A stretch of 64,000 bases of DNA from Rhodoblastus sp. (GCA_046349085.1 JAXMDA010000007.1:163131-227130), one strand, 5' to 3'; shown: positions 1 to 10,751, counted from the first letter of the stretch. The notes: generated by a model not told the origin, from the sequence alone. A program made the numbers and translations.

Positions 1-695
1 CGCATGAGAGGTTGCGGCGCCACGCGGGCGAGCGCGCCGAGCGCCCAGAGCGTCGAACCGAACAGGAAGTAGGAGGGCGCGACCGCGAAGGCGAGAAAGA
101 GAGCGCTCGCGAGCGCGACGCCCGACCAGCGCGCGCCCCCGCCATAGGCGGCGCTCAGCGGCAGCAGACCGAGGCCGCAGATCACGTAGTACCAATATTC
201 CATGCCCAGCGACCACAGAGCCGCATTGGTTCCGTAGGTGGGAAACCAGATGCCCTGCAGGCTGACGATCGTCGGCAGGAGATATTCGTTCTTCAGCGTC
301 GCCTGATAGAGCGGATGCTCGTAGACGCCGAGGCCGGCGAACACGCGCTGTCCGAGCGTGTCCAGCGCGAAGGTCAGAGCCAGCGCCGGCAGGAGCACGA
401 TATAGATGCGGCTTGTGCGGTCGATCAGGAACTTGCGGAGAAAGGGCTTTCCCGCCCGCGCCTTGCCGATGGCCGCGCCGCCGACCAGAAAGCCGGAGAG
501 CACGAAGAAGACCACGACGGCCCCGTGCGCGAATGTATAGGCGGTCGCAAACCACCAGGCGTAGACCGGCGGCCAGTGCTCCGCCTTCATGATGTCGGCC
601 TGGTTGATGAAGACGTTGTTGGTGTGGTGCAGCGCCACCATCAACGCCGCGATCCAGCGCGCGGCGTCGATGAAGCGCGAGACGGCGTTGGACAT
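1..695 (-). CDS. Acyltransferase family 3 membrane protein (N-terminal part; 3' end runs off the left edge)
   Basis: Not in the ORF track, presumably because no stop lies in the window. Hand translation of the minus strand from ATG 695-693 gives [32 protein letters not shown]..., followed by hydrophobic stretches. This N-terminus is typical of acyltransferase_3 proteins. The + strand ORF 12..845 here is a shadow. Confidence 0.55.
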   Translation of the reverse strand, partial: MSNAVSRFIDAARWIAALMVALHHTNNVFINQADIMKAEHWPPVYAWWFATAYTFAHGAVVVFFVLSGFLVGGAAIGKARAGKPFLRKFLIDRTSRIYIVLLPALALTFALDTLGQRVFAGLGVYEHPLYQATLKNEYLLPTIVSLQGIWFPTYGTNAALWSLGMEYWYYVICGLGLLPLSAAYGGGARWSGVALASALFLAFAVAPSYFLFGSTLWALGALARVAPQPLM

Positions 696-845
696 CGGTC
701 TCCTGCGTTGCGCGTGGTTATAGACGCCTGGACCCGGCCCCGCCAGCGACGCCGCGCAAGGGTCGCATTCCCGAAAAGCCTCGTGTATAAGCCCCGCTTT
801 CGGATCGTACCGGGCCGCAAGACGGCCCTTTCTGGAGAGTTTGTC

Positions 846-2231
846 ATGGCCGCGGACCGCTGGTCGCCCGAAAGCTGGAGAAGCCGTCCCGTCGCGCAGG
901 TCCCGGACTATCCGGACGCGCAGGCGCTCGCGGATGTCGAGCGGCAGATCGCCGGCTTTCCGCCGCTGGTTTTTGCAGGCGAGGCCCGCAAGCTCAAGCG
1001 CGCGCTGGCCAAGGTTTCGGCGGGCGAGGCTTTCCTGCTCCAGGGCGGCGATTGCGCCGAGAGCTTCAACGAGCATTCCGCCGACAATATCCGCGACTTC
1101 TTCCGCGTCTTCCTGCAGATGGCCGTGGTCATGACCTTCGCTGGCTCCTCGCCGGTGGTGAAGGTCGGCCGCATCGCCGGCCAGTTCGCAAAGCCGCGCT
1201 CGGCCCCGACCGAGAAGAAGGGCGACGTCGAGCTGCCGAGCTATCGCGGCGATATCGTCAACGACATCGAGTTCACGCCCGCCGCGCGCATTCCCGATCC
1301 GCGCCGCCAGCTCGAGGCCTATCGCCAGTCGGCGGCCACGCTCAACCTGCTGCGCGCCTTCGCGACCGGCGGTTACGCCAATCTCGAGAACGCGCATCGC
1401 TGGATGCTCGGCTTCGTCAAGGACAGCCCGCAGTCCGACCGCTATCAGGAACTGGCCGACCGCATCACCGAGACGCTCGGCTTCATGCGCGCCATCGGCC
1501 TCGATCCCGAGAGCCATCCGGAACTGCGCCAGACCGACATCTACACCTCGCACGAGGCGCTGCTGCTCGGCTACGAGCAGGCCCTCACGCGTGTCGACTC
1601 GACAACCGGCGACTATTACGACACGTCCGGGCACATGATCTGGATCGGCGACCGCACGCGCCAGCCCGACCATGCCCACATCGAATTCTGTCGCGGCGTT
1701 AAGAACCCGATCGGCCTGAAATGCGGCCCCTCGCTGAAGGCCGACGAACTGATCCGCCTGGTGGACCTCCTGAACCCGACGAACGAAGCCGGCCGCCTGA
1801 CGCTGATCTGCCGCTTCGGCTCGGACAAGATCGCCGAGCACCTGGCCCCCCTCATTCGCGCCGTCGAGCGCGAAGGCCGCAAGGTCGTCTGGTCGACCGA
1901 CCCGATGCACGGCAACACGATCACGGCGGCGGGCTACAAGACCCGGCCGTTCGACCGCATCATGAGCGAGATCCGGACCTTCTTCGCGATCCATCGAGCG
2001 GAAGGGACTTTCGCCGGCGGCGTGCATCTGGAGATGACCGGCAAGAACGTCACGGAATGCATGGGCGGCGCCCGCGCGATTACCGAGACGAACCTGTCGG
2101 AAAGCTACGACACGTCCTGCGATCCGCGCCTCAACGCCGAACAGTCGATCGAGGTGGCGTTCCTCGTGGCGGAACTGCTCAAGGACGAGCGTCAGGCGCG
2201 CGGCCTGCCGCAGGTCGACGCGGCGGAATGA
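846..2231 (+). CDS. 3-deoxy-7-phosphoheptulonate (DAHP) synthase, class II
   Basis: In-frame ATG at 846 inside ORF 12..2231, giving 461 aa. [24 protein letters not shown]..., GDCAESF and DPMHGNT are full-length class II DAHP synthase features. Confidence 0.9.
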   Translation: MAADRWSPESWRSRPVAQVPDYPDAQALADVERQIAGFPPLVFAGEARKLKRALAKVSAGEAFLLQGGDCAESFNEHSADNIRDFFRVFLQMAVVMTFAGSSPVVKVGRIAGQFAKPRSAPTEKKGDVELPSYRGDIVNDIEFTPAARIPDPRRQLEAYRQSAATLNLLRAFATGGYANLENAHRWMLGFVKDSPQSDRYQELADRITETLGFMRAIGLDPESHPELRQTDIYTSHEALLLGYEQALTRVDSTTGDYYDTSGHMIWIGDRTRQPDHAHIEFCRGVKNPIGLKCGPSLKADELIRLVDLLNPTNEAGRLTLICRFGSDKIAEHLAPLIRAVEREGRKVVWSTDPMHGNTITAAGYKTRPFDRIMSEIRTFFAIHRAEGTFAGGVHLEMTGKNVTECMGGARAITETNLSESYDTSCDPRLNAEQSIEVAFLVAELLKDERQARGLPQVDAAE

Positions 2232-2326
2232 GGGGGTTGGAGGTCGGGTTCGAAACTTGACCTTGGCGCGATCCGTTCTCATCTTGGACGGCGCAGATCG
2301 CGTCGAGGTCATTTGAGAGCTGGCCA

Positions 2327-3784
2327 ATGACAGAAACTAGCGTGTCTGACGAGACGGCGCCCTCGCTCGCCCCGCCGGGAATTATTGATCGATTGCGGCC
2401 CCGGCTGAAGCTGGCTGGCGGCATTCTCGCTTCTCTGGGCGCTGTCGGCGCTGTCGTGGGCGGGCTGGCAGGCTATCTTAACGCCTGGAAAACGATCGAA
2501 GGCGCTTTCCGCGATGGCAAGACTTCGGGTGGAACTGTCAAACCCGCTGCGTCCGTTTCCAAAGGGCCGACAGTCGCTGTCCTGCCCTTCGCAAATGAGA
2601 CGGGCGAAGCGGCGCAGGACGCCTTCGCAGTTGGGCTTGCGCGCGAGACCATAGCCGCGTTGGATAAGTTCAGCGTTCTGCGCGTCCTGGCCTTTGCAGC
2701 GACGGCGGCTTACGCGGGCAAGCGCGCCGAGCCCGGGGACGTAGCGCGGCAGGCCGGCGCGGACTACGTCGTCGACGGCGATCTTCGGAAGAATGGCGTT
2801 GGTCTACGAATCTCGTATCGTTTGATCGATGCGCGCACGGGGGTTCAGGTCTGGTCCAGAGTCTTTGACGCCGCGGCCGAAGCCGGAAATTCCGCCGCCG
2901 CGCAAGTAGAGATCGCCGGGCGCGCCAGCGCCTTCCTCGGCAGTTTTTACAGCGGCGTCGCGGCAGCCGAATACAAGCGCATCCTTGCCACCCCCATCGA
3001 CCAGCTTAGCCCCTACGACTGCATCGTGCAGGGAATCGCGATCACCTCGCCGCAGAATTACATTCGTGCGCGAACCTGTCTCGAGACGCTGGTAGTGCGC
3101 GAGCCTTCCAACGCCACGGCCTTTTCGGTCCTCAGCAATGTCTACGCCCATCAGCGATGGTTTGGCCACGGCCTGCCGGCGGAGGAAGCCGCGAGCGTAG
3201 ACAAGCGCGCCTATCTCATCCCGAAAGTCATTGAGAACGCGAGCCGCGCGGTGGAACTGGCTCCGGCGGACGCCTTCGCGCATAAGGCGCTGGCGCAGGC
3301 CTACTGGACCTCCTGTCAGCGCGACCGAATTTTCATCGAGTCCCAGCAAGCGATGGAGCTCAACCCCAACGATCCCCAGTTGGTCGGCGCGGCGGGCATC
3401 TATCGGTCGTTCACGGGCGACTGGGACGGCGGCGCTCCCCTTGTGCAGAAAGCGATGGCGATGGTGGCGCCGGCGCCCGGCTCGCGACTGTGGGGGTGGG
3501 TCATCGCGCGGCGGCATTGGGCCAGGGGCGAATACGAACAGGCCTATGCGGCCTTCCTGAAATTCTACATTGAGCAGGACTGGATCAGTCATCTCGACAT
3601 GGCCTACGCGTTGCCCTCTGTGGGACGCATAGAAGAGGCAAAGGCCGAAGTCGCAACGCTGCAGAGAATGCGGCCGGGATTCACCATCCGCGATGCCGAC
3701 GCCTATTATCGCATGTGGTGCCTCGACGCCTCCTATCGCGAGAAAATGACGGGCGCGCTGCGTAAGGCAGGGCTGCCCGAGTAG
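2327..3784 (+). CDS. Membrane-anchored protein with TolB-N-like and TPR-like regions
   Basis: ORF 2327..3784. It has one N-terminal hydrophobic helix (ILASLGAVGAVVGGLAGYL). The segment TVAVLPFANETGE...DYVVDGDL is typical of TolB-N-like modules, and the C-terminal part is helical-repeat-like. Function unknown. Confidence 0.55.
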   Translation: MTETSVSDETAPSLAPPGIIDRLRPRLKLAGGILASLGAVGAVVGGLAGYLNAWKTIEGAFRDGKTSGGTVKPAASVSKGPTVAVLPFANETGEAAQDAFAVGLARETIAALDKFSVLRVLAFAATAAYAGKRAEPGDVARQAGADYVVDGDLRKNGVGLRISYRLIDARTGVQVWSRVFDAAAEAGNSAAAQVEIAGRASAFLGSFYSGVAAAEYKRILATPIDQLSPYDCIVQGIAITSPQNYIRARTCLETLVVREPSNATAFSVLSNVYAHQRWFGHGLPAEEAASVDKRAYLIPKVIENASRAVELAPADAFAHKALAQAYWTSCQRDRIFIESQQAMELNPNDPQLVGAAGIYRSFTGDWDGGAPLVQKAMAMVAPAPGSRLWGWVIARRHWARGEYEQAYAAFLKFYIEQDWISHLDMAYALPSVGRIEEAKAEVATLQRMRPGFTIRDADAYYRMWCLDASYREKMTGALRKAGLPE

Positions 3785-3860
3785 CATTTTTGCAAAATGA
3801 GCGATTTTCCCTTGTCGTCGCGCACGGGCGCGACGGCCGATGATCTCTTATATCCGTCCT

Positions 3861-4649
3861 ATGACAAAATTCCCGACCTTCTTCATCTCGCACGGATCGC
3901 CCAACATGATCCTGCACGAGAGCCCCGCCCGCGAATTCCTTTCCGGCCTCGGCAAGACCCTGCCGCGTCCGGAGGCCATTCTGGTGATGTCCGCCCATTT
4001 CGAGACCGACCAGCCGATTGTCGTCGCCGACGAGAAGCCGAAGATGATCTACGACTTCCGCGGCTTCGAGCCGGAAATGTACACGCAGCGCTACGACGCC
4101 CCGGGCGCGCTCGGCCTGGCCGTCGAGGCGGCGCAGCTTGCCGAACGCGCAGGATTCAAGGCGACCGCCGCAACTGGACGCGGCTATGACCACGGGACCT
4201 GGGTGCCGTTGAAACTGATCTACCCCGAGGCCGACGTTCCCGTGGCGCAGATTTCCGTGCAACCGCATCGCGGCGGGGCGCACCATGCCGCGGTCGGCCG
4301 CGCGCTGGCCGCATTGCGGGAGAAGGGTGTGCTCGTCATCGGCTCGGGCGGCGCGACCCACAATCTGCGCGCCCTCTACACGGGCGGCTACACCGACGCC
4401 GATCCTGCGCCGGCCTGGGTCGCCGATTTCGACGAATGGGTGCGCGACAAGGCCGAGGGCGGCGATCTCGACGCGATCGCGGATTTCGAAAAGGCCGCGC
4501 CTTTCGCGCGCGAAAACCACCCGAGCCCCGAACACTTCCTGCCCATGCCCTTCGCCTTCGGCGCGGCGGGCGAAGGCGCGAAGGGCGAGCGTATCCACGC
4601 CTCGGTACAGCGCGGCGTGCTGATGCTCGACGCCTACCGCTTCGACTGA
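3861..4649 (+). CDS. Class III extradiol dioxygenase (4,5-DOPA dioxygenase / YgiD family)
   Basis: Internal ATG at 3861 (MTKFPTFFISHGSPN...). SAHFET, YDHGTWVPL and GSGGATHNL are characteristic of the YgiD/LigB-type family. Confidence 0.8.
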   Translation: MTKFPTFFISHGSPNMILHESPAREFLSGLGKTLPRPEAILVMSAHFETDQPIVVADEKPKMIYDFRGFEPEMYTQRYDAPGALGLAVEAAQLAERAGFKATAATGRGYDHGTWVPLKLIYPEADVPVAQISVQPHRGGAHHAAVGRALAALREKGVLVIGSGGATHNLRALYTGGYTDADPAPAWVADFDEWVRDKAEGGDLDAIADFEKAAPFARENHPSPEHFLPMPFAFGAAGEGAKGERIHASVQRGVLMLDAYRFD

Positions 4650-4659
4650 CGATGGGCGG

Positions 4660-5232
4660 TCACGCCGCGTTCCATTTGCGGCAGGGCAGGTCGGGCGCGA
4701 CATGCGCGAGGCGCTTGCGCATGCGCAGCGTGCGCGGCTCCAGCCCTTCGGACAGACGATAGCCGCGCGCTCGCGCGAGCCCGATCATGGATTCGTTGCT
4801 GCGCAGCGTGTCGCCGAACAGCGTTTCGATGCCGTCGGCGGCGGCGCGCTCCTCGATCAGGCCGAGCAGGATCGAGCCGAGGCCGCGACCGCGCCAGTCG
4901 TCGGCAAGCGACATGCCGAATTCGCCCTCGCGCTCCACGCAGGAGAGAGCGACGCGCGCTTCGCCCACCACCGTCTCGGCGCCGGCCGATTGCGACGTCA
5001 GCAAGAGCGTCAGCCGGTCGCGTTCGTTTGCCCCGAGCGCGCGGGCGAGTTCGCCCGGCGGCAATTCGCGCAAGGGACCGAAGAAGCGGTTGGCGCGGGA
5101 TTGCGGCGACAGGCGCCGCACATAGTCCTGCAGCGCGTCGCCATCCTCGGGACGGATGGACCGCAGAATGAGTTCGGCCTGCGGGGAAACGCGCGACCGA
5201 TGCGCTTCGATGCGAACGGAAAGAGACGCCAT
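4660..5232 (-). CDS. GNAT family N-acetyltransferase
   Basis: Internal ATG at 5232 (MASLSVRIEA...). WRGRGLGSILL acetyl-CoA binding motif. Confidence 0.75.
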   Translation of the reverse strand: MASLSVRIEAHRSRVSPQAELILRSIRPEDGDALQDYVRRLSPQSRANRFFGPLRELPPGELARALGANERDRLTLLLTSQSAGAETVVGEARVALSCVEREGEFGMSLADDWRGRGLGSILLGLIEERAAADGIETLFGDTLRSNESMIGLARARGYRLSEGLEPRTLRMRKRLAHVAPDLPCRKWNAA

Positions 5233-5433
5233 ATACACGCTCCGTCGGAGGCGGCCTGTCGCGCGCTTCGCGGTTGAGCTTGCGCTGCGCGCCGCCGTTC
5301 CCAAGACTGTGCGCGCGGCGCGCGCGCGGCAAACGATGTTATTTCAGCCGACGCATGAGAAATCCTCCTTGACGCATCCGCTTTTGTCGCCGCTGGCGCG
5401 GTGCTACTGGGCGGGCGGATCGGGAGCGGCGAC

Positions 5434-5988
5434 ATGTCGAAGGCGCGCTACGTTTATGATTCTGACCAGCGGGCGCTTCACTGGGCGATGGCCGCCATGT
5501 TCCTTGTCGCTTTTCCTCTCGGCGTCTGGGCCCATTCTTTGACGCCAGGCGCGCCGTTGCGGGTCCAGTTGCTCTTCGCTCACAAGTCGATCGGCATGGC
5601 CGTGCTCGTCATGCTGCCGTTGCGCGCGATGTTTCGGCTCATCAAGGGCGCGCCGGCCTATCGCGAGCCGCTCGCGCCGCATGTTCGACTGGCGTCCCAT
5701 GTGGCGCACGGGCTCCTGTACGCCCTGATGGCGACGTTGCCGATCACTGGCTACGTCATGTCCGGCGCAGGCAATCACGAAATTCCGTTCTTCGGGCTGT
5801 TTCATTGGCCGGTTGTCGTTCCCGTCGACAAGGCGTTGTCGAAGATCAACGGCGCCGCCCATTACTGGCTGGCCTGGGCGGGCGCGCTGGTCACGGGGCT
5901 GCACCTTGCCGCGGTCGCCTGGCATCGCTGGATCAAGCGCGACGAAGTTCTCGCGCGCATGTGGCGCGAGCAGCCGAAGGCGAACTAG
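5434..5988 (+). CDS. Cytochrome b561 family protein
   Basis: ATG at 5434 (MSKARYVYDSDQRALHWAMA...). Four predicted helices with conserved His positions (HW, HK, HxxxG, HYW), as in CybB-type b561. Confidence 0.8.
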   Translation: MSKARYVYDSDQRALHWAMAAMFLVAFPLGVWAHSLTPGAPLRVQLLFAHKSIGMAVLVMLPLRAMFRLIKGAPAYREPLAPHVRLASHVAHGLLYALMATLPITGYVMSGAGNHEIPFFGLFHWPVVVPVDKALSKINGAAHYWLAWAGALVTGLHLAAVAWHRWIKRDEVLARMWREQPKAN

Positions 5989-6026
5989 CCTGTCGTCGCG
6001 TTCCGGCGTGGCGTGTGCGGCGCCGC

Positions 6027-6503
6027 TCAGATGTTCGCGGCGAGTTCGGCAAGCTGGTCGGCGGCTTTGCCCCAGCCTTCGTGAAAGCCCATCTTCTCGT
6101 GCGCTTCGCGATCGGCGGCGGTCCAGTGCAGCGCGCGCGCCGTGTAGCGCGTTTTTCCGCCTTCATCCTCGAACGTGACGATGGCGGTGAAGAAGGGTTT
6201 TTCCGCCGGCGTCCAGGCGTCGGTGTAGGCGTCGGTGAAAACGATGCGCTCGTTAGGCGCGACATCGAGGTAGACGCCGCGATTGGGAAAGCGCTCGCCG
6301 TTCGGGCCGTTGATGTACATGAACGACGCGCCGCCCGGCCGCACATCGGTCACGACGTCCGATACGTACCAGGGCTTCGGGCAGAACCATTGCTCCATCA
6401 GCTTTGGATCGGTCCAGGCGCGAAACAGTTTCTCGCGCGGCGCGTCGATCAGGCGCGTGAGAACGAGTTCGCGGTCGTTCGGTTGCGTGGATTGCTCGCT
6501 CAT
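6027..6503 (-). CDS. SRPBCC/AHSA1 (Aha1-like) domain protein
   Basis: ORF 6027..6503 (LVLTRLIDAPREKLFRAWTDP...). Its start overlaps the tetR stop by 4 nt, suggesting an operon. Confidence 0.8.
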   Translation of the reverse strand: MSEQSTQPNDRELVLTRLIDAPREKLFRAWTDPKLMEQWFCPKPWYVSDVVTDVRPGGASFMYINGPNGERFPNRGVYLDVAPNERIVFTDAYTDAWTPAEKPFFTAIVTFEDEGGKTRYTARALHWTAADREAHEKMGFHEGWGKAADQLAELAANI

Positions 6504-7114
6504 TCACCCTTCTCCCTCTCGTCGAACAGCCGCGCCAGATGCGCGCGCAGATGATCGAGGCAGTTCGCCGCGACCTGCGCATCGCCATGCGCCTTCGCCA
6601 GAACGAAAGCGCCCTGAATGACCGCCTGCATGTAAAGCGCGAGTCCGCGCGCGCCGCCGGGGACCTGTACGCCGCGCGCGCGCAGCGCTCCGGCGAGGTC
6701 CGCTTCGAGCATGTCGACATGCGCGTCGATCGATCGCGCGCAGGCGGCCCGCACATTCGGATGGGTCGCGTAGGCTTCCTGCGCCATCGTGCCGACGAGG
6801 CAGGTGAAGGCCGGCAGTTCGCCCTGCATCAGCCCTCGGCGGAAATCGACGTAGCCCAGCACGCGCGCGACCGGATCGGAGAGCGCGGCGTAGGGCGCTG
6901 CGGCAAAGATTCCGTCCGCCATGTCGGAAAAGCGTTCCGCCGCCGCCACCGCCGCCGCTTCCTTCGATTTGAAATGGTGGAAGAAGGCGCCCTTCGTGAC
7001 GCCCGCGGCGGCGCACAACTGCTCGACGGTCGTTCCCGCATAGCCCTGGCCTCGGATAACGCGCACGGCGGCGTCGAGGATTTTGTCGCGGGCGGTTTGG
7101 TTCTCGGCTTGCAT
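6500..7114 (-). CDS. TetR/AcrR family transcriptional regulator
   Basis: Internal ATG at 7114 (MQAENQTARDKILDAAVRVIRGQGYAGTTVEQLCAAAGVTKGAFFHHF), a canonical TetR HTH. Confidence 0.85.
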   Translation of the reverse strand: MQAENQTARDKILDAAVRVIRGQGYAGTTVEQLCAAAGVTKGAFFHHFKSKEAAAVAAAERFSDMADGIFAAAPYAALSDPVARVLGYVDFRRGLMQGELPAFTCLVGTMAQEAYATHPNVRAACARSIDAHVDMLEADLAGALRARGVQVPGGARGLALYMQAVIQGAFVLAKAHGDAQVAANCLDHLRAHLARLFDEREKGE

Positions 7115-7124
7115 ACCAATAACG

Positions 7125-7140
7125 TACCAACCAGTTGGTA
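7125..7140. promoter_or_regulatory. Candidate TetR operator: perfect 7-2-7 dyad TACCAAC-CA-GTTGGTA
   Basis: Read directly at 7125-7140, 11 nt upstream of the tetR start codon. Related half-sites (ATACCAA) flank it. Confidence 0.45.
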
Positions 7141-7206
7141 TGTTGTCAATGGTAAAAATACGCGGACGGCCGAGGCCATCCGCGTCGCTGCCCGCTCGCA
7201 TGACGA

Positions 7207-7446
7207 CTACATGCTCCGGCAGACTGTGATGGTCTTCATCGCATTATTGGCGTCGGCCTCGGAAACATAGGTCTTCCCTTCGCCGACGATGGTGGTCGAG
7301 CCGCCCGGTTGCGGCTTGGTGGTGACGACCATGCACTTCTTCGCGGCAGTATCCTGCACGACGTAATACTGCGTGGCGGTCGTCGCCTGGGCGAACGCGG
7401 CCGTGGACGCGACGGCGAGCGCCGCCGCGAGGACGATCGTTTTCAT
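7207..7446 (-). CDS. Small secreted protein, unknown function (79 aa)
   Basis: Signal peptide MKTIVLAAALAVASTAAFA-QA. GGAGAAG RBS upstream of ATG 7446. Two Cys. Confidence 0.6.
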   Translation of the reverse strand: MKTIVLAAALAVASTAAFAQATTATQYYVVQDTAAKKCMVVTTKPQPGGSTTIVGEGKTYVSEADANNAMKTITVCRSM

Positions 7447-7612
7447 GATCTTCTCCGTGATTGCGGCGCCGTATGCGGCGCCTCGGAGAGAACGCGCGGG
7501 GCTGGGGCTCGTTCCTGACCGCGAACTCGGCTGCGTCCGCCCTTAACATCGCCGCTTCAGTCTGCCAAAACGCGCCTGACGCTCCGACTCGCGGGCGCAG
7601 CATGTGAGCTCC

Positions 7613-8956
7613 ATGTCAGGTCCGGTCGTTCGTTTCGCTCCGTCGCCCACTGGCCGCATCCACATCGGCAATGCGCGCACGGCGCTGTTCAACTACCTCG
7701 TCGCCGCGCGCGCTGGCGGCCGCTTCATTCTGCGTTTCGACGACACGGATCTCGAGCGCTCCACGGCTGAATTCGCCGATGGCATCGAGATCGACCTTGC
7801 CTGGCTCGGCGTCGCCCCGCATCTCATCGTGCGGCAGTCCGACCGCGTTGCGCTCTATCAGGCGGCCGCCGAACGCCTCAGGGCGATGGGCCTTCTGTAT
7901 CCGGCGTACGAAACGCAGGGCGAACTCGACCGCCGCCGCAAGCTGAAGCAGGCGCGGGGCCTGCCGCCGATCTACGATCGCGCCGCGCTCGCGCTGACCG
8001 ACGCCGACCGTTCGAAGCTCGAAGCCGAGGGACGCCGGCCGCACTGGCGCTTCAGGCTCGATCATCGCGTGATCGAATGGCAGGACGGCGTGCGCGGCCC
8101 CTGCCACATCGACTGCGCCTCGCTGTCCGATCCCGTGCTCGTGCGCGAGGACGGCTCGTTCCTCTACACGCTGCCCTCCGTCGTCGACGACATCGAACTC
8201 GGGATAACCGACGTCATCCGCGGCGAGGACCACGTCACCAATACGGCCGTGCAGATTCAGATCGCCGAAGCGCTGGCGGGACCCGGCAAGGCGCCGCGTT
8301 TCGCCCACCACAATCTTCTGGTGGACGCGTCGGGCGCTGGCCTGTCGAAGCGCTCGGGCGCGCTTTCCATCGCCTCGTTGCGCGACGGCGGCGTCGAGGC
8401 GCTCGCGGTTGCGGCGATCGCCGTGCTGACGGGTTCGTCGGACGAGGTGCATCCGGTTGGCTCCCTCGTCGAACTCGCCCAGAAATTCGATCTCGCGCAT
8501 GTCTCGCGCAACGCCGCGAAATTCGATCCGGCCGACCTGCGCACGCTGACGCAACGGACGCTGCTGAAGCTCGATTTCGAGAGCGTGCGCGAACGGCTCG
8601 CCGCGCATGACATCGTCGGCGCCCATGCCGAAGCCTTCTGGCTGGCGGTGCGCGGCAATCTCGATACGTTCCTCGATGTCTGCGACTGGTGGCGCGTCGT
8701 CGACGGCGAGATCGAAACGGTCGTCGAGGACGCCGGCTTCTGCCACGCGGCGCTCGCGCTTCTGCCGGTCGAGCCCTGGGACGACAAGACCTGGAGCGCG
8801 TGGACCTCGGCGGTGAAGGCCGCCACCGGCCGCAAGGGCAGGGAGCTGTTTCACCCGCTGCGGCTTGCCCTCACCGGCCGCGAGACGGGGCCGGAGCTGG
8901 CGAAACTGCTGCCGCTGATCGGCCGGGCGAAGGCCGCGGCGCGGCTGGCCACGTAG
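7613..8956 (+). CDS. gltX: Glutamyl-tRNA synthetase
   Basis: [23 protein letters not shown] (HIGH motif) and GLSKRSG (KMSKS-like). ATG at 7613 preferred over the GTG at 7604. Confidence 0.9.
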   Translation: MSGPVVRFAPSPTGRIHIGNARTALFNYLVAARAGGRFILRFDDTDLERSTAEFADGIEIDLAWLGVAPHLIVRQSDRVALYQAAAERLRAMGLLYPAYETQGELDRRRKLKQARGLPPIYDRAALALTDADRSKLEAEGRRPHWRFRLDHRVIEWQDGVRGPCHIDCASLSDPVLVREDGSFLYTLPSVVDDIELGITDVIRGEDHVTNTAVQIQIAEALAGPGKAPRFAHHNLLVDASGAGLSKRSGALSIASLRDGGVEALAVAAIAVLTGSSDEVHPVGSLVELAQKFDLAHVSRNAAKFDPADLRTLTQRTLLKLDFESVRERLAAHDIVGAHAEAFWLAVRGNLDTFLDVCDWWRVVDGEIETVVEDAGFCHAALALLPVEPWDDKTWSAWTSAVKAATGRKGRELFHPLRLALTGRETGPELAKLLPLIGRAKAAARLAT

Positions 8957-8980
8957 ACTTACTATGATGTCGACGCGAGT

Positions 8981-9005
8981 TCCCTCCCCACAAGGGGGAG
9001 GGGGG
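8981..9005. repeat. REP-type hairpin CCCTCCCC-ACAA-GGGGGAGGG (family 1)
   Basis: Read directly between the convergent gltX and thioesterase genes. The same hairpin recurs at 13694-13716 and 13769-13791. Confidence 0.7.
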
Positions 9006-9028
9006 TCGATCTGCGCGAGCCTTGCGCG

Positions 9029-9436
9029 TCAACCCCGCTCCGGCGGCACGAGGCGCGGGCGTCCCTCGTCGTCGATGGCGACGAAGGTGAAGGTCCCCAC
9101 CGTCACCTTTTCGCGAATGTCGGTGCGGAAGCGGCGCGCCCAGGCCTCGACATGAATCTTCATCGACGTGCGTCCGACGCTCTGTACGCTGGTGTAGACG
9201 CAGAGCACGTCGCCGACGCGCACCGGCTTCACGAAGGTCATCGCGTCGATGGCGACCGTCACGACGCGGCCCTGCGCCCGGTCGACGCCGGCGATGCCGC
9301 CCGCCTGGTCCATGCGCGAGAGCACCCAGCCGCCGAATATGTCGCCGTTCGCATTGGTGTCGGCCGGCATGGCCACGACGCGGATGGTCAGTTCGCCCCC
9401 GGGTTCGTCGGTTGCGGGCGGGGTGGCTTGAGGCAT
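9029..9436 (-). CDS. Acyl-CoA thioesterase, YciA-like hotdog fold
   Basis: Internal ATG at 9436. RVVAMPADTNANGDIFGGWVLSRMDQAGG is a YciA-type signature. Confidence 0.8.
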   Translation of the reverse strand: MPQATPPATDEPGGELTIRVVAMPADTNANGDIFGGWVLSRMDQAGGIAGVDRAQGRVVTVAIDAMTFVKPVRVGDVLCVYTSVQSVGRTSMKIHVEAWARRFRTDIREKVTVGTFTFVAIDDEGRPRLVPPERG

Positions 9437-9505
9437 GAAGGAATCTCGCGGCTCTTGAGCGGAGCCATTGTTCGCTTGGCCGCGCCCGCGCCGCAAGTCG
9501 TCGTC

Positions 9506-10567
9506 TCAGTCGCGGCGGAAATCGATGCCTGAGGATTCCTCGCCCGCCGTCGGCGCCCGGGCGCCCATGTCGCGCTCGCGCGCGCTTTCCGCGTCGGCGG
9601 CCCGCTTCTGTTCCTCCAGCAGCCGCTTCATCGCCTCCGGGTCGAAGGCGGCCGCCTTGCCCTTCGCCTTGCCCTTGGCCGCAGGCTGACCCGGTTGCTG
9701 TGGCCGCGACAATTCCTCGGCCTTTTCCGGCGTGACGATGATGTCGCCCTTGCGCCCCTCGCCGAGCAGCCTTTCGGCGTCCACGAGCGCCTCGGCCCAG
9801 CTCTGGCCGGGCTTGCGGCAGGAACATTGCGGCACGACCGCCTTTTCGTATTTGAAGGCGTTTTCCAGGCTCGTATAGGCGTCGCCGTCGATCGACACGG
9901 CGGTCTTCATGTCGCGCGGCGCGCGCGTGAACAGTTTGACTTCCGCCGCGGGGCAGAGCGCGGCGCACATTTCCTGGAGGTCGCCGAGGTTGGCGCGCCG
10001 CGCCGAGTAGCTGACGGGGAAGAAGGAGCCGTCGCAGGTGCGCACGCAGATCGCCTCGGAGCCGCCGCGCGGCGTGGCGTCCTGCTGCTCGACGAGATTG
10101 TCGTCGAAACCGTTCGATGGGGGATAGACGATCTGGTCGCGCCCGCCGAACAGCCGCTCGATGAAATCGGGCGGGCGCTGCCCGCGGCAATAGGCGTCGT
10201 ACTGGCTCTGCAATTGCTGGCGCAGGCCGCCGCCATAGGCGGCGCGCTGCATCTGCGCGAGGCCCGCCCGCAGGCTCTCGATGCGCGCGTTCAGGCCGTT
10301 GCACTGCGCCGGCCGGTCGTCGAAGAACAGGAAATGCGGGCGATTGCAGCCGATGGCGCGGGCATGCGCGGACAGGCGCGCGATCTCGCTCTGCTGCCGG
10401 CTGGCGGCGGCGGCCGCCTGCTGCGACCCGCCGCTGTTGGCGGCGGCGGCAATCTGCTGGGCCAACCGGCCACAATCGACCTGCCCCGCCGCGGGAACGG
10501 CGGACAGGGCGGCGATCGCCAGGGAAAGAAGCGCGCCGGCGGGCCGAAGGCCGGCCAGAAAACTCAT
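9506..10567 (-). CDS. DUF2865-like secreted protein
   Basis: Internal ATG at 10567 (MSFLAGLRPAGALLSLAIAALSAVPAAGQ signal peptide). The Cys-rich core ICVRTCDGSFFPVSY...CPAAEVKLF is typical of this Rhizobiales family. Lys/Ala-rich tail. Confidence 0.7.
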   Translation of the reverse strand: MSFLAGLRPAGALLSLAIAALSAVPAAGQVDCGRLAQQIAAAANSGGSQQAAAAASRQQSEIARLSAHARAIGCNRPHFLFFDDRPAQCNGLNARIESLRAGLAQMQRAAYGGGLRQQLQSQYDAYCRGQRPPDFIERLFGGRDQIVYPPSNGFDDNLVEQQDATPRGGSEAICVRTCDGSFFPVSYSARRANLGDLQEMCAALCPAAEVKLFTRAPRDMKTAVSIDGDAYTSLENAFKYEKAVVPQCSCRKPGQSWAEALVDAERLLGEGRKGDIIVTPEKAEELSRPQQPGQPAAKGKAKGKAAAFDPEAMKRLLEEQKRAADAESARERDMGARAPTAGEESSGIDFRRD

Positions 10568-10751
10568 TGCAATCGCTCTCCGGGTCAGGCCGAGGTTGGA
10601 CGAATCTCTTCTGGGCGGCGATTGTGGCGATGTCGCGCCGAAACGCCAAAAGCGGCCGCCGGCCTCTGCATGGCGTCGCCCCTTCTCAGCGGACGCAAGC
10701 ATCGCCATATGTGCGGCGCGCCCGCTAACGGACTTGTCCACGGAGAGATGG

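Noticed and set aside
12-845. N-terminal 278 codons of the listed ORF 12..2231
   Set aside because: DAHP synthase homology begins only at the ATG at 846. The upstream part is antisense to an acyltransferase_3 gene and has an Arg/Glu-rich nonsense-like sequence.
2246-2256. GGGTTCGAAAC, resembling a tRNA T-loop
   Set aside because: The flanking sequence cannot form a T-stem, acceptor stem or anticodon arm, so there is no tRNA.
8871-10649. 592-aa minus-strand ORF, and similar long ORFs (19309-21366, 31902-34241, 55740-57710, 59096-60934, 61048-62271)
   Set aside because: All are out of frame with or antisense to confidently assigned genes (thioesterase/DUF2865, ccoG, RND pump, glmS, GT87, ANL-like). 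All translate to Arg/Gly/Ala-rich sequence without domains.
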